DNA from: Candidatus Omnitrophota bacterium
Lineage (GTDB): Bacteria > Omnitrophota > Gorgyraeia > JAFGHF01
DNA length: 64,000 nucleotides
Assembly (NCBI GenBank): GCA_043805735.1
Contig: JAZDHS010000024.1
Location: 2,792 to 66,791 of the forward strand
Direction of reading: 5' to 3'
This document shows, one piece after another, positions 38,784-47,913 of this stretch (the first letter of the stretch is position 1; every line of letters starts with the position of its first letter). A program made the position numbers and the translations under genes. The notes beneath the pieces are model-generated. The model made no database searches. It was not told the origin of the DNA and was given only the letters and a program-made list of their open reading frames with translations.

Positions 38784-39344
38784 ATGTTTATCGGCCCTAA
38801 CCAATTCAAAAACGGCCTGACCGTAACTTTTGATGGCCAGATTTTTGCCATTGTCAGTTACCAGTTTGTAAAACCGGGCAAAGGCGGCGCTTTTGTGCGC
38901 ACCAAGCTGAGAAATCTAAAAAACGGAAATTTTTTGGAAAAAACGTTCCGCACTGAAGAAAAAGTGGAACAGGCTTTTATTGAAGAGAAAAAAATGCAGT
39001 ATCTTTATCGCCAAGGAGATACCTACAACTTTATGGATCAGGAAACCTTTGAGCAAACCGAACTACATGCCCAGCGGTTGGAAGAAAAGTCACGTTTCTT
39101 GAAAAATGGCGTGATTATTTCCCTCTATTTCTACAAAGACGAGATTATCGACATTAATTTACCCAACTTTGTCGAATTAGCGGTTGCGGACTGCGAACCA
39201 GGCACACGCTCCGATACCGTAAAAGCCACTTCCAAAAATGCGACCTTGGAAACAGGCGCCACGCTCGCGGTACCCATTTTTATCAATCGCGGCGATATAC
39301 TTAAAATAGACACGCGCACGGGCGAATATGTCGGCCGGGTCTAA
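38784..39344 (+). CDS. efp: Elongation factor P
   Basis: KPGKGGAFVRTK, DTRTGEYVGR. Confidence 0.98.
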   Translation: MFIGPNQFKNGLTVTFDGQIFAIVSYQFVKPGKGGAFVRTKLRNLKNGNFLEKTFRTEEKVEQAFIEEKKMQYLYRQGDTYNFMDQETFEQTELHAQRLEEKSRFLKNGVIISLYFYKDEIIDINLPNFVELAVADCEPGTRSDTVKATSKNATLETGATLAVPIFINRGDILKIDTRTGEYVGRV

Positions 39345-39370
39345 GAGCCGACGTAACAGGTGAGGCCAAG

Positions 39371-39811
39371 ATGAATCTAAAAGAAATAAAAGAAATGATC
39401 GCGTTAATGAACGAAAATGACCTGACCGAGCTGGAATTAGAACGCGACGGTTTGAAAATCAGGCTGAAGAAAAGCGGCGGTGAGATCCAACAGTTTATTA
39501 CCCACCCTCAAGCCGCGGCGCAATACAAAGAAGCGGCGCAAGCGCCAGCCCCACAACCGCCAGATTCACATCTGATCGAAGTTAAATCGCCGATGGTCGG
39601 CACGTTCTATCGTGCGGCTTCCCCGGAAAGCGCAGCCTTTGTGGATACCGGCAGCGAAATCCAGCCGGAACAGGTCGTCTGCATTATCGAGGCGATGAAA
39701 TTGATGAATGAAATTAAGTCGGAAGTCAAGGGCATTGTCCGTGAAATCCTGGTGGAAAACGGCCACCCGGTTGAGTACGGCCAAGTCCTCTTCCGTGTAG
39801 AACCACTTTAG
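39371..39811 (+). CDS. accB: Acetyl-CoA carboxylase biotin carboxyl carrier protein
   Basis: SPMVGTFY, EAMKLMNEI. Confidence 0.98.
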   Translation: MNLKEIKEMIALMNENDLTELELERDGLKIRLKKSGGEIQQFITHPQAAAQYKEAAQAPAPQPPDSHLIEVKSPMVGTFYRAASPESAAFVDTGSEIQPEQVVCIIEAMKLMNEIKSEVKGIVREILVENGHPVEYGQVLFRVEPL

Positions 39812-39814
39812 GCC

Positions 39815-41182
39815 ATGTTCTCCAAAGTACTCATTGCTAATCGCGGAGAAATTGCCCTACGGATTATCCGGGCCTGCAAAGAATTGGGCGTGCGCACCGT
39901 AGCCGTCTATTCTGAACCGGATCTACATTCGCTGCACGTGCGCCTTGCCGATGAAGCGATTTGTATCGGGGCAGCCGCACCCAGCCAGAGTTACTTAAGT
40001 GTCCCCAGCATCATCAGCGCTGCGGAAATTGCCGATGTCGACGCCATTCATCCCGGATATGGATTTCTGGCCGAAAATGCCCACTTTGTAGAAATCTGCC
40101 AGTCCTGCAACATCCACTTTATCGGGCCCAATCCCGAACCGATGCGCCTAATGGGTGACAAAATGCGGGCCAAGGATACGATGCGTAAAGCCGGCATCCC
40201 GGTAGTGCCCGGCAGCGAGGGTATAGTTAAAAATAAGGAAGAGGCCCTGCGCATTGTCAAAAAACTGAAATATCCGGTTATTATTAAAGCCGTGGCCGGC
40301 GGCGGCGGCAAAGGAATGCGCATTTGCCACAATGATGTCCGGCTGGCCAGCGCGTTACCCATCGCCCAAGCCGAGGCCGAAGCGGCCTTCGGTATTCCCG
40401 ACGTCTACATCGAAAAATATTTTCCTAAACCCCGGCATATTGAATTTCAAATTATGGCCGATAATTATGGCCATGTCATTCATCTGGGTGAACGCGACTG
40501 CACCATTCAAAGACGCCATCAAAAGCTGGTTGAAGAGTCGCCCTCACCGGCCCTGGATCCTAAATTGCGTAAACGCATGGGGGAGGCAGCGCTTAAAGCC
40601 GCCCGCTGCGTCAACTATAACAATGTGGGGACAATCGAGTTTTTACTCGACGAGAAGAATAACTATTACTTTCTGGAAATGAATACCCGTATCCAGGTAG
40701 AACACGGGGTGACGGAAATGGTCACCGGAATTGACATTGTCAAGGAGCAGATCAGGCTGGCCTCAGGCGAAAGGCTGCAGTTTAACCAGGATGATGTAAA
40801 GAGTAACGGCTGGGCGCTGGAGTGCCGCATTAATGCCGAGGACCCGGATAATAATTTTGCTCCTTTCCCGGGAAAAATCCAGACCTATATCGTGCCCGGC
40901 GGGCGGGGAGTACGTATTGACAGCTGCGCCTATCAAAATTATGAAGTCCTGCCTTACTACGACTCGCTGATCGCCAAGTTAATCACCCATGGGAAAACCC
41001 GCACGGAGGCAATACAAATCATGGTCCGCGCCTTGGAAGAATACATCATTGATCCGATTAAGACCACACTTTCCTTCTCCCGTGAGATCATGAACGACCG
41101 GCGATTTCTGCGTGGTAAAATATATACCGATTTCGTGGATATTCTAACTTCAGAAAAACAAAAAGAAAGTGAAAGGAAGTGA
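39815..41182 (+). CDS. accC: Biotin carboxylase
   Basis: [41 protein letters not shown]. Confidence 0.98.
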   Translation: MFSKVLIANRGEIALRIIRACKELGVRTVAVYSEPDLHSLHVRLADEAICIGAAAPSQSYLSVPSIISAAEIADVDAIHPGYGFLAENAHFVEICQSCNIHFIGPNPEPMRLMGDKMRAKDTMRKAGIPVVPGSEGIVKNKEEALRIVKKLKYPVIIKAVAGGGGKGMRICHNDVRLASALPIAQAEAEAAFGIPDVYIEKYFPKPRHIEFQIMADNYGHVIHLGERDCTIQRRHQKLVEESPSPALDPKLRKRMGEAALKAARCVNYNNVGTIEFLLDEKNNYYFLEMNTRIQVEHGVTEMVTGIDIVKEQIRLASGERLQFNQDDVKSNGWALECRINAEDPDNNFAPFPGKIQTYIVPGGRGVRIDSCAYQNYEVLPYYDSLIAKLITHGKTRTEAIQIMVRALEEYIIDPIKTTLSFSREIMNDRRFLRGKIYTDFVDILTSEKQKESERK

Positions 41183-41189
41183 GGCAGCG

Positions 41190-41807
41190 ATGAGGGCACT
41201 GGGAACATTTGTGATAATTTTGTGCACGCTGGTCTTTACCATCATCGGAGGTTTTTTGGTTTCATTCTTATTTAATGTATTCAACATCTTCCATGTGATG
41301 AAATTCGTCAAGCTTATTTATCAGTTTGAAAATATCAATCTGATTATCGGCAGCATCGGCCTATTTCTGGTCTTGGCCAGTATTTTAACGGCGCAAATCA
41401 GTATCGGCAGAATACAAAGAGAAAGAACCATTGCCTTCAGTAATCCCAACGGCGAGGTTACGGTCTCCTTAAATGCGATTGAGGAATTCATTAAGCGCCT
41501 CTCGATGGGGATGAATGAAATTAAAGAGCTGCGTAGCAACGTTATCGCCGGAAAGAAGGGGATTGAGGTGAATACTCGAGTCAGCCTCTGGGCCGACGCC
41601 AATATTCCCGAAACAACAAACAACATTCAGGATATCCTCAAGACCCGGCTGCAGGAAATACTCGGAATTGAAGACCCGATTACCATACGCATCCATGTCG
41701 TAAAGATCATACCGAAAGAAAAGAAAAAAACCAGAAAAGAAGAAGTAGAAGCAGAAGAACAACTACCCCCGTTTCGGGGAAGCATTGAATACGGAAAGGA
41801 AAGGTAA
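41190..41807 (+). CDS. AmaP-like membrane anchor with Asp23-like C-terminal domain
   Basis: Two TM helices, then GEVTVSLNAIE...NIPE...LGIE; follows accC. Confidence 0.75.
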   Translation: MRALGTFVIILCTLVFTIIGGFLVSFLFNVFNIFHVMKFVKLIYQFENINLIIGSIGLFLVLASILTAQISIGRIQRERTIAFSNPNGEVTVSLNAIEEFIKRLSMGMNEIKELRSNVIAGKKGIEVNTRVSLWADANIPETTNNIQDILKTRLQEILGIEDPITIRIHVVKIIPKEKKKTRKEEVEAEEQLPPFRGSIEYGKER

Positions 41808-41809
41808 AA

Positions 41810-42841
41810 ATGCAAAAACGTGTTGGCCTCCTGTCCGGAGGAGGAGATTGCCCGGGAATTAATCCTGTGATCAGAGGAATTGTGCGCAAGGCCTATAGGG
41901 AAAAATACCACGCCATCGGCATCCAAAACGGCTGGAAAGGACTAATTACTAAAGACGTAATCAGCCTGGACCTCAACTCCGTATCCGGAATATTACCAAG
42001 AGGCGGCACTATTTTAGGAACCTCACGTACTAACCCTTATAAAAAGAAGGAAGATGTTGCGGCCTGCATCGAAAATTTCAAGGCCTTGGAGCTTGATGCA
42101 ATTATCGCGATCGGCGGAGAAGATACCCTGGGCGTTGCCTTCAAATTATATAAAGAGGGTTTAAACATTGTCGGCGTGCCCAAAACTATCGATAATGATC
42201 TCTCGGCCACTGACCGGACCTTCGGTTTCGACACCGCGGTTAATATCGCCATGGAGGCGATCGATAGAATTCACACCACTGCCGAATCCCACCATCGTGT
42301 TATGGTTGTTGAGGTGATGGGCCGGCATTCCGGCTGGATTGGCCTAGAAGCGGGATTAGCCGGTGGAGCGGATGTAATCTTACTTCCTGAGTTTCCCATT
42401 GATATTGACGAGACTTGCGCGTCAATTAAAAAAAGGCATGAACGCGGCAAAACTTTTAGCATAGTGGTAGTAGCTGAAGGGGCGACTTTTAAAGAGGGAT
42501 CAGAGGTGCTTCAGGATAAGGAACTCGATGCCTTTGGCCATGTCCGCCTGGGCGGGATCGGCCAAATCTTGTGCGAGGAAATTCAAAAGCGGACCTGGTT
42601 TGAAACTAGAGTGACTGTACTGGGACATATCCAACGGGGCGGATCGCCCACCGCTTACGATCGCGTCTTGGGTACGCGTTACGGAGTAAAGGCAATGGAG
42701 CTGGTTATCGAAGGCAAGTATGGCCAAATGGCTAGTCTACGAGGAACAGAGATTGTGGCAATGCCCTTAGAAGCCGCGGTGGGTACGATCAAGACTGTCC
42801 CGCTGGAACTTTATGACATCGCCAAACTCTTTTTTGGTTGA
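41810..42841 (+). CDS. pfkA: 6-phosphofructokinase
   Basis: GGDCPGIN, GGTILGTSR, GGEDT, PKTIDND, EVMGR, GHIQRGG. Confidence 0.97.
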   Translation: MQKRVGLLSGGGDCPGINPVIRGIVRKAYREKYHAIGIQNGWKGLITKDVISLDLNSVSGILPRGGTILGTSRTNPYKKKEDVAACIENFKALELDAIIAIGGEDTLGVAFKLYKEGLNIVGVPKTIDNDLSATDRTFGFDTAVNIAMEAIDRIHTTAESHHRVMVVEVMGRHSGWIGLEAGLAGGADVILLPEFPIDIDETCASIKKRHERGKTFSIVVVAEGATFKEGSEVLQDKELDAFGHVRLGGIGQILCEEIQKRTWFETRVTVLGHIQRGGSPTAYDRVLGTRYGVKAMELVIEGKYGQMASLRGTEIVAMPLEAAVGTIKTVPLELYDIAKLFFG

Positions 42842-42844
42842 ACC

Positions 42845-43432
42845 ATGATTAAACAAGACATTAAAAGGCTTCTTGATGAAAGTCAGGCGCTACATCAGGC
42901 GCTCCGGGAAGACGATGCTATCATTTCCGCCATCCAAAAATTAGTAACAATGATTATCGTCTGTCTAAAAAATGGCGGAAAAGTCATTCTCTTTGGCAAC
43001 GGCGGAAGCGCAAGCGACAGCCAGCATATTGCCGCGGAGTTCGTTGGCCGGTTTAAGTACAACCGCAAAGCGTTTGCGGCACTGGCCCTTACTGGAGATA
43101 CCTGTAACCTCACCTGTATCGGCAATGATTTCGGATTCGAACACATCTTTTCCCGTCAGATCGAGGCCTTAGCTTGCGCTAAAGATATAGCGATTGGTAT
43201 TTCCACCAGCGCAACCTCGCCTAATGTTATCGCCGGAATCACTCAAGCAAAAAGAATGGGCTTAAGAACCGCGGTGCTCGCCGGCGCCAAAAAGACTGCG
43301 CTTACGCGCTTGGCCGATGTTACGGTCTCGGTGCCCTCAACAGTAACGGCTCGCATTCAGGAGGCGCATATTACTATTGGCCATATCACTTGTGAACTGG
43401 TAGAAAAGGCTATCGGCAGTGACAAAAGATAA
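42845..43432 (+). CDS. gmhA: Sedoheptulose-7-phosphate isomerase
   Basis: GNGGSASDSQHIAAE, NDFG, STS, RIQEAH. Confidence 0.96.
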   Translation: MIKQDIKRLLDESQALHQALREDDAIISAIQKLVTMIIVCLKNGGKVILFGNGGSASDSQHIAAEFVGRFKYNRKAFAALALTGDTCNLTCIGNDFGFEHIFSRQIEALACAKDIAIGISTSATSPNVIAGITQAKRMGLRTAVLAGAKKTALTRLADVTVSVPSTVTARIQEAHITIGHITCELVEKAIGSDKR

Positions 43433-43910
43433 AATTAAAACACTGAAAAACCTTAAGGTTAGCGTTAATCGGGCCAAGGCCGAAGGGAAAAGCATCGTTT
43501 TTACTAACGGCTGTTTTGATCTTCTTCATGTCGGCCACGTCAGCTATTTAGAAAAAGCAGCGGCATTAGGAACGATACTCGTGGTCGCAATTAACAGTGA
43601 TGCTTCAGTGCGTAAACTTAAAGGCCGCGGCCGACCGCTTTACTCTGAGCGTGAACGGGCCCTCGTCCTGGCCGCGCTGGAGTGTGTAGACTATGTTACG
43701 GTCTTTAAAGAAAAAACTCCTTCTAGGGTGATCAAAGCACTTAAGCCAAACATATTGGTCAAGGGCGGGGATTGGTCCCTTAAGTCTATTGTTGGAAAAA
43801 CTTTTGTCGAGGCGTATGGCGGTAAAGTCGCATCCTTGCCTTTTGTAAAGGGATTTTCCACCACCGCATTAATTACGAAGATGAAAAACATTGAACAAAG
43901 AAATAGCTAG
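43419..43910 (+). CDS. rfaE2: D-glycero-beta-D-manno-heptose 1-phosphate adenylyltransferase
   Basis: FTNGCFDLLHVGH, NSDASV, KGGDW, STT. Confidence 0.95.
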   Translation: MTKDKIKTLKNLKVSVNRAKAEGKSIVFTNGCFDLLHVGHVSYLEKAAALGTILVVAINSDASVRKLKGRGRPLYSERERALVLAALECVDYVTVFKEKTPSRVIKALKPNILVKGGDWSLKSIVGKTFVEAYGGKVASLPFVKGFSTTALITKMKNIEQRNS

Positions 43911-44298
43911 AATCATTGATGCCAATATTAACCGTTCCCGTGAGGGCTTAAGAGTCTGCGAAGAAATAGCCCGGTTTATCCTGGAAGATAAGACGCTCAG
44001 TGCAGAATATAAGCAATTACGCCACCGTATTTCGCGCTTAATAAAGAAGTTTCCCGGCGCGCATCGGGGACTGGCAAAGGCCAGAGAGAGTCAGGCGGAC
44101 GTCGGCCGCAATATTCCCGATGCCTCCCGGAGAAAAAACTATCATGATATCCTTTTGGCAAATATGCAAAGAACAAAAGAATCTTTAAGGGTTTTAGAAG
44201 AATTCTCCGCGATTTTTAACCGTTCCTTGCGCACAAGTTTTGCGCGGGTGCGCTTTGCGGTGTATCGCCTGGAAAAAAAGACCATTGCGCGACTTTAG
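43891..44298 (+). CDS. ThiD2-like helical domain protein (N-terminal domain of long ThiE)
   Basis: RIIDANINRSREGLRVCEE and ANMQRTKESLRVLEE internal repeats. Confidence 0.88.
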   Translation: MNKEIARIIDANINRSREGLRVCEEIARFILEDKTLSAEYKQLRHRISRLIKKFPGAHRGLAKARESQADVGRNIPDASRRKNYHDILLANMQRTKESLRVLEEFSAIFNRSLRTSFARVRFAVYRLEKKTIARL

Positions 44299-44923
44299 AT
44301 TATACGTCATTTTAGATGGCGAGGTAGTCCAGCCAAAGAAGATGCCCGCCGTAGCCCAGGCAGTAGTCGCCGGTGGAGCCGAGGTAGTGCAATTAAGGGC
44401 GAAAACCTGGTCCGATCGGCAAATTCTCAACGTCGGACAACAGATAAAAAAATATGCACGGCGCGCGGGAACCGCTTTTCTGCTCAATGACCGGGTAGAT
44501 TTGGCCCTGGCGCTTGATGCCGACGGTGTCCATCTCGGACAAGAGGATTTAACGGTTCCAGAAGCGCGCGCGCTTCTGGGTAAAGATAAGCTGATTGGAA
44601 TTTCCACGCATAGTCTTAATCAGGCCCGACAGGCGCAGGCTAACCTAGCGCACTACATTGCCATTGGACCGCTGTTTGCCACCGCGACCAAACCCAAAGC
44701 GGCACCTTTAGGAACAGGCATTATTAGCGCAGCGGGTGAATTCCTGGCTCGGCCCTGGTTGGCAGTGGGAGGAATTACTTTGGAGAACCTCACCTCGGTC
44801 TTAAAAAAAGGTGCAACGCGAGTGGCCATTTGCCGGGCAATATTAGAGTCTCGGGCCATAACCAAAACGACAAAAGAATTTAAACGCCGACTTTACGCTG
44901 ATGACTCAACTCGAATACGCTAA
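44285..44923 (+). CDS. thiE: Thiamine phosphate synthase
   Basis: QLRAK, NDRVDLA, GVHLGQED, STH, TATK, VGGI; probable TTG start. Confidence 0.95.
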   Translation: MRDFRLYVILDGEVVQPKKMPAVAQAVVAGGAEVVQLRAKTWSDRQILNVGQQIKKYARRAGTAFLLNDRVDLALALDADGVHLGQEDLTVPEARALLGKDKLIGISTHSLNQARQAQANLAHYIAIGPLFATATKPKAAPLGTGIISAAGEFLARPWLAVGGITLENLTSVLKKGATRVAICRAILESRAITKTTKEFKRRLYADDSTRIR

Positions 44924-46199
44924 AGCTAAAAAAATTACCGCGCCAATGCAGCAGGTTGCCCGCGAAGAAGGGCTGGACCCGAAAGCTCTCTGCTCAAAGA
45001 TCGCCGCCGGAAAAATAGTCCTTCCGTTCAATACCCGCCACCACCCTAAAAAAGTGTGCGCAATAGGGGAAGGCCTGCGCACAAAAGTTAACGCTAATAT
45101 TGGTACGTCAGCGGACTCACCCAATTTAGCCGATGAGCTGAAAAAAATGAAATTAGCGGTTAAGGCCGGCGCGCACACCGTAATGGACCTAAGCACTGGC
45201 GGCAATATTCGTAAGATTCGCCAAACTATTCTGCGCAATTCACCGGTTGCTCTGGGCACGGTCCCGATCTACGAAACCGCGATTGCGGCAGCGAAACGCT
45301 TTGGCTCAACTACAAAAATGCGCGCCGAAGATATCCTTAAAACCATTGAGGAGCACGCCGCTGACGGCGTGGACTTCTTTACGCTGCACTGCGGCGTCAC
45401 TAATGAAGGCATCGCCCGCCTGAAAAAAGAAAGACGGGTTACCGATGTGGTTAGCCGGGGGGGAGCGCTCTTGATCGAATGGATGTGCAGAAATAAAAAA
45501 GAAAACCCTCTTTATGAACATTTTGACACTATCCTTGATATCGCACGAACCTACGATGTCACTATTAGCCTGGGAGACGGCATGCGGCCCGGCTCGATCG
45601 CCGACGCCACCGACCGAAGCCAAATTCAGGAATTGGTTCTCTTGGGAGAATTGGCCCAACGGGCGCAGGAAAAAGGCGTGCAGGTGATGATTGAAGGCCC
45701 GGGGCATGTACCTCTGGATCAAATCCAGGCCAATGTGCTGCTGCAAAAACGCCTTTGCCACGATGCGCCTTTTTATGTCTTGGGGCCCCTGGTCACCGAC
45801 GTGGCCAGCGGATACGACCATATCAGTTCAGCGATTGGCGGGGCGATTGCCGCCGCCTACGGGGCGGATTTCCTCTGTTATGTCACTCGTTCGGAACATT
45901 TGCGTCTGCCTAGCGCTGACGACGTAAGGGAAGGGGTAATTGCCGCCCGTATTGCCGCCCATGCCGGTGACATTGTCAAAGGAATTAAGGGCGCCCGGCA
46001 ATGGGACCTGCGGATGTCGCAGGCACGTAAGAAAAGGGATTGGAAAAAACAAATCGCCCTGGCGATCGATCCGGAACAACCGCGAAAAATGCGCCAGGGC
46101 TCACGGGCGCAGATCGCCGATGTCTGTACGATGTGCAGTCAATACTGTTCACTCAAAATAATGGATAAAGTCCGCAAAGAATTGGGTGCCGAACAATGA
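44901..46199 (+). CDS. thiC: Phosphomethylpyrimidine synthase
   Basis: TKVNANIGTS, MDLSTGG, VSRGG, LGDGMRPG, EGPGH, CTMCSQYC. Confidence 0.95.
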   Translation: MTQLEYAKAKKITAPMQQVAREEGLDPKALCSKIAAGKIVLPFNTRHHPKKVCAIGEGLRTKVNANIGTSADSPNLADELKKMKLAVKAGAHTVMDLSTGGNIRKIRQTILRNSPVALGTVPIYETAIAAAKRFGSTTKMRAEDILKTIEEHAADGVDFFTLHCGVTNEGIARLKKERRVTDVVSRGGALLIEWMCRNKKENPLYEHFDTILDIARTYDVTISLGDGMRPGSIADATDRSQIQELVLLGELAQRAQEKGVQVMIEGPGHVPLDQIQANVLLQKRLCHDAPFYVLGPLVTDVASGYDHISSAIGGAIAAAYGADFLCYVTRSEHLRLPSADDVREGVIAARIAAHAGDIVKGIKGARQWDLRMSQARKKRDWKKQIALAIDPEQPRKMRQGSRAQIADVCTMCSQYCSLKIMDKVRKELGAEQ

Positions 46200-47095
46200 G
46201 CATGATAGTAGTAGGAACTGTGGCATTGGATGACGTCCAGACTCCTTTCGGGAAGGTGACCAGCGCCCTGGGCGGTTCAGCGACTTATGCTGGGGTAGCG
46301 GCCAGCTTTTTCTGTAAGGTTAAAATGGCGGCTATTGTCGGTACGGATTTTCCGGAAAAAAACATCTCTTTTTTGCAGCGGCGGGGAATCGATACCACGG
46401 GATTAGTCATTGAAAAAGGGAAAACCTTCCGCTGGTCGGGTAAATACACCTACGACTTGAATAATCCCCAAACGCTCAAGACCGAACTTAACCTGCTCAC
46501 CCAGTTTAAACCGATACTTCCCAGCGCATACCGTAAAGAAAAATTCGTTTTTTTAGCCAACATTGATCCGAATATTCAGTTAGCTGTACTTGAGCAATTA
46601 ACCCAGCCCAAACTAGTGGTCGCCGATACAATGAACTACTGGATTAGGCAGGAAAAGAAAGCCCTGCGAAAAGTAATTAAAAAGTGCGATATTTTAGTCG
46701 TGAACGATTCCGAGGCCAGGCAATATACTGAAGAAGCAAATGTGCTCAAGGCCGGGCGGATACTTTTAGCGCAAGGCCCCGACTTAGTAATCATCAAAAG
46801 AGGAGAATACGGCTGCTTGCTTTTTGGGTCGCGGTTTATGTTTAGCATTCCGGCCTATTTGTTGGAAAGCCTGGCTGATCCCACCGGGGCCGGGGACAGT
46901 TTTGCCGGCGGTTTCTTAGGGTATCTTACCGCGTGCCCGCGGATCAACGAACAGTCTTTTCGTAAAGCCATCGCCTACGGGACAATTATGGCTTCTTTTG
47001 CGGTCGAAGAGTTTAGCCTCAACCGCTTAAAAACAATAAAAAAAACAGATATCGAATCGCGATTTAACAAATTTAGAAGAATTACACGGTTTTAA
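46196..47095 (+). CDS. PfkB family carbohydrate kinase
   Basis: GGSATY, NDSEA, DPTGAGDSFAGG. Confidence 0.92.
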   Translation: MSMIVVGTVALDDVQTPFGKVTSALGGSATYAGVAASFFCKVKMAAIVGTDFPEKNISFLQRRGIDTTGLVIEKGKTFRWSGKYTYDLNNPQTLKTELNLLTQFKPILPSAYRKEKFVFLANIDPNIQLAVLEQLTQPKLVVADTMNYWIRQEKKALRKVIKKCDILVVNDSEARQYTEEANVLKAGRILLAQGPDLVIIKRGEYGCLLFGSRFMFSIPAYLLESLADPTGAGDSFAGGFLGYLTACPRINEQSFRKAIAYGTIMASFAVEEFSLNRLKTIKKTDIESRFNKFRRITRF

Positions 47096-47103
47096 GAAAA
47101 TTG

Positions 47104-47178
47104 GCGAGGGTAATTCAGTGGTAGAATGCAAGCTTCCCAAGCTTGACGTCGCGGGTTCGAGTCCCGTCCCTCGCTCCA
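47104..47178 (+). tRNA. tRNA-Gly (CCC)
   Basis: Acceptor gcgaggg/ccctcgc, anticodon arm caagc-ttCCCaa-gcttg, T-loop ttcgagt, encoded CCA. Confidence 0.98.
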
Positions 47179-47205
47179 GAAGTTTAACGATTTGATGTTG
47201 TGGGC

Positions 47206-47907
47206 ATGAAAAAAAATAGACGTCCTGCTTTTGCTTTTTACCTTGTAGCCTTGACCGTACTGAGCAGTTTGCTCGGCGGTTGCGCCAGCACAGCAACTGT
47301 TACCGCCCTGCCAGGGCCTAAGCAGCCCACAGTACCAGGCTCCTATCACACCGTAAAGAAAGGCCAAACTCTTTGGCGGATTTGCAAGGCCTACGGCGTG
47401 GATATCGAAGAGGTAACACGTATAAATCAACTGGCTGACGCCACTAAAATTGAAGTTGGACAACGCATTTTTATTCCTGGTGTCAATAACGCTCTGAGCG
47501 AACTGCTCATGCCATCAGATTTTAAAGATAAGGGCGGAGATTTCATCTGGCCGCTGCATGGCAAAATCGGTTCATTCTTCGGGATGAAGAATGAGGGGGT
47601 AAGGAGCAAAGGCATTACTATTGAAGCTCAAGAAGGCACCGCCGTAAGAGCGACGCGTTCCGGCAAGATAGCTTTTTGCAGCCAGGCCTTAAAAGGCCTG
47701 GGGAAAACCATTATTATTGACCACCTCGACGGATATTCTACTGTCTACTCCCATAATGCGGAAAATCTGGTCGCCGTTAATCAGATGATCACGCAGGGTG
47801 AGACAATCGCTAAGGTCGGTTCAAGCGGCCGGGCCCAGCGCCCTGAGCTTTACTTTGAGATTAGAAAAGGCGAACAACCACAAAACCCATTTTTTTACTT
47901 ACCGTAA
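47206..47907 (+). CDS. LysM plus M23-like lipoprotein (NlpD-like)
   Basis: Lipobox LGGC, HTVKKGQTLWRI, FIWPL, VYSH, LYFEIR (degenerate zinc ligands as in NlpD). Confidence 0.92.
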   Translation: MKKNRRPAFAFYLVALTVLSSLLGGCASTATVTALPGPKQPTVPGSYHTVKKGQTLWRICKAYGVDIEEVTRINQLADATKIEVGQRIFIPGVNNALSELLMPSDFKDKGGDFIWPLHGKIGSFFGMKNEGVRSKGITIEAQEGTAVRATRSGKIAFCSQALKGLGKTIIIDHLDGYSTVYSHNAENLVAVNQMITQGETIAKVGSSGRAQRPELYFEIRKGEQPQNPFFYLP

Positions 47908-47913
47908 AATAAC

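Noticed and set aside
43800-44901. TPP riboswitch ahead of the thiamine genes
   Set aside because: The genes overlap with no intergenic space, and no TPP aptamer core was seen.
47104-47178. tRNA-Gly as an integration site for an island
   Set aside because: No integrase and no visible duplicated tRNA 3' end; the downstream genes look like core genes.
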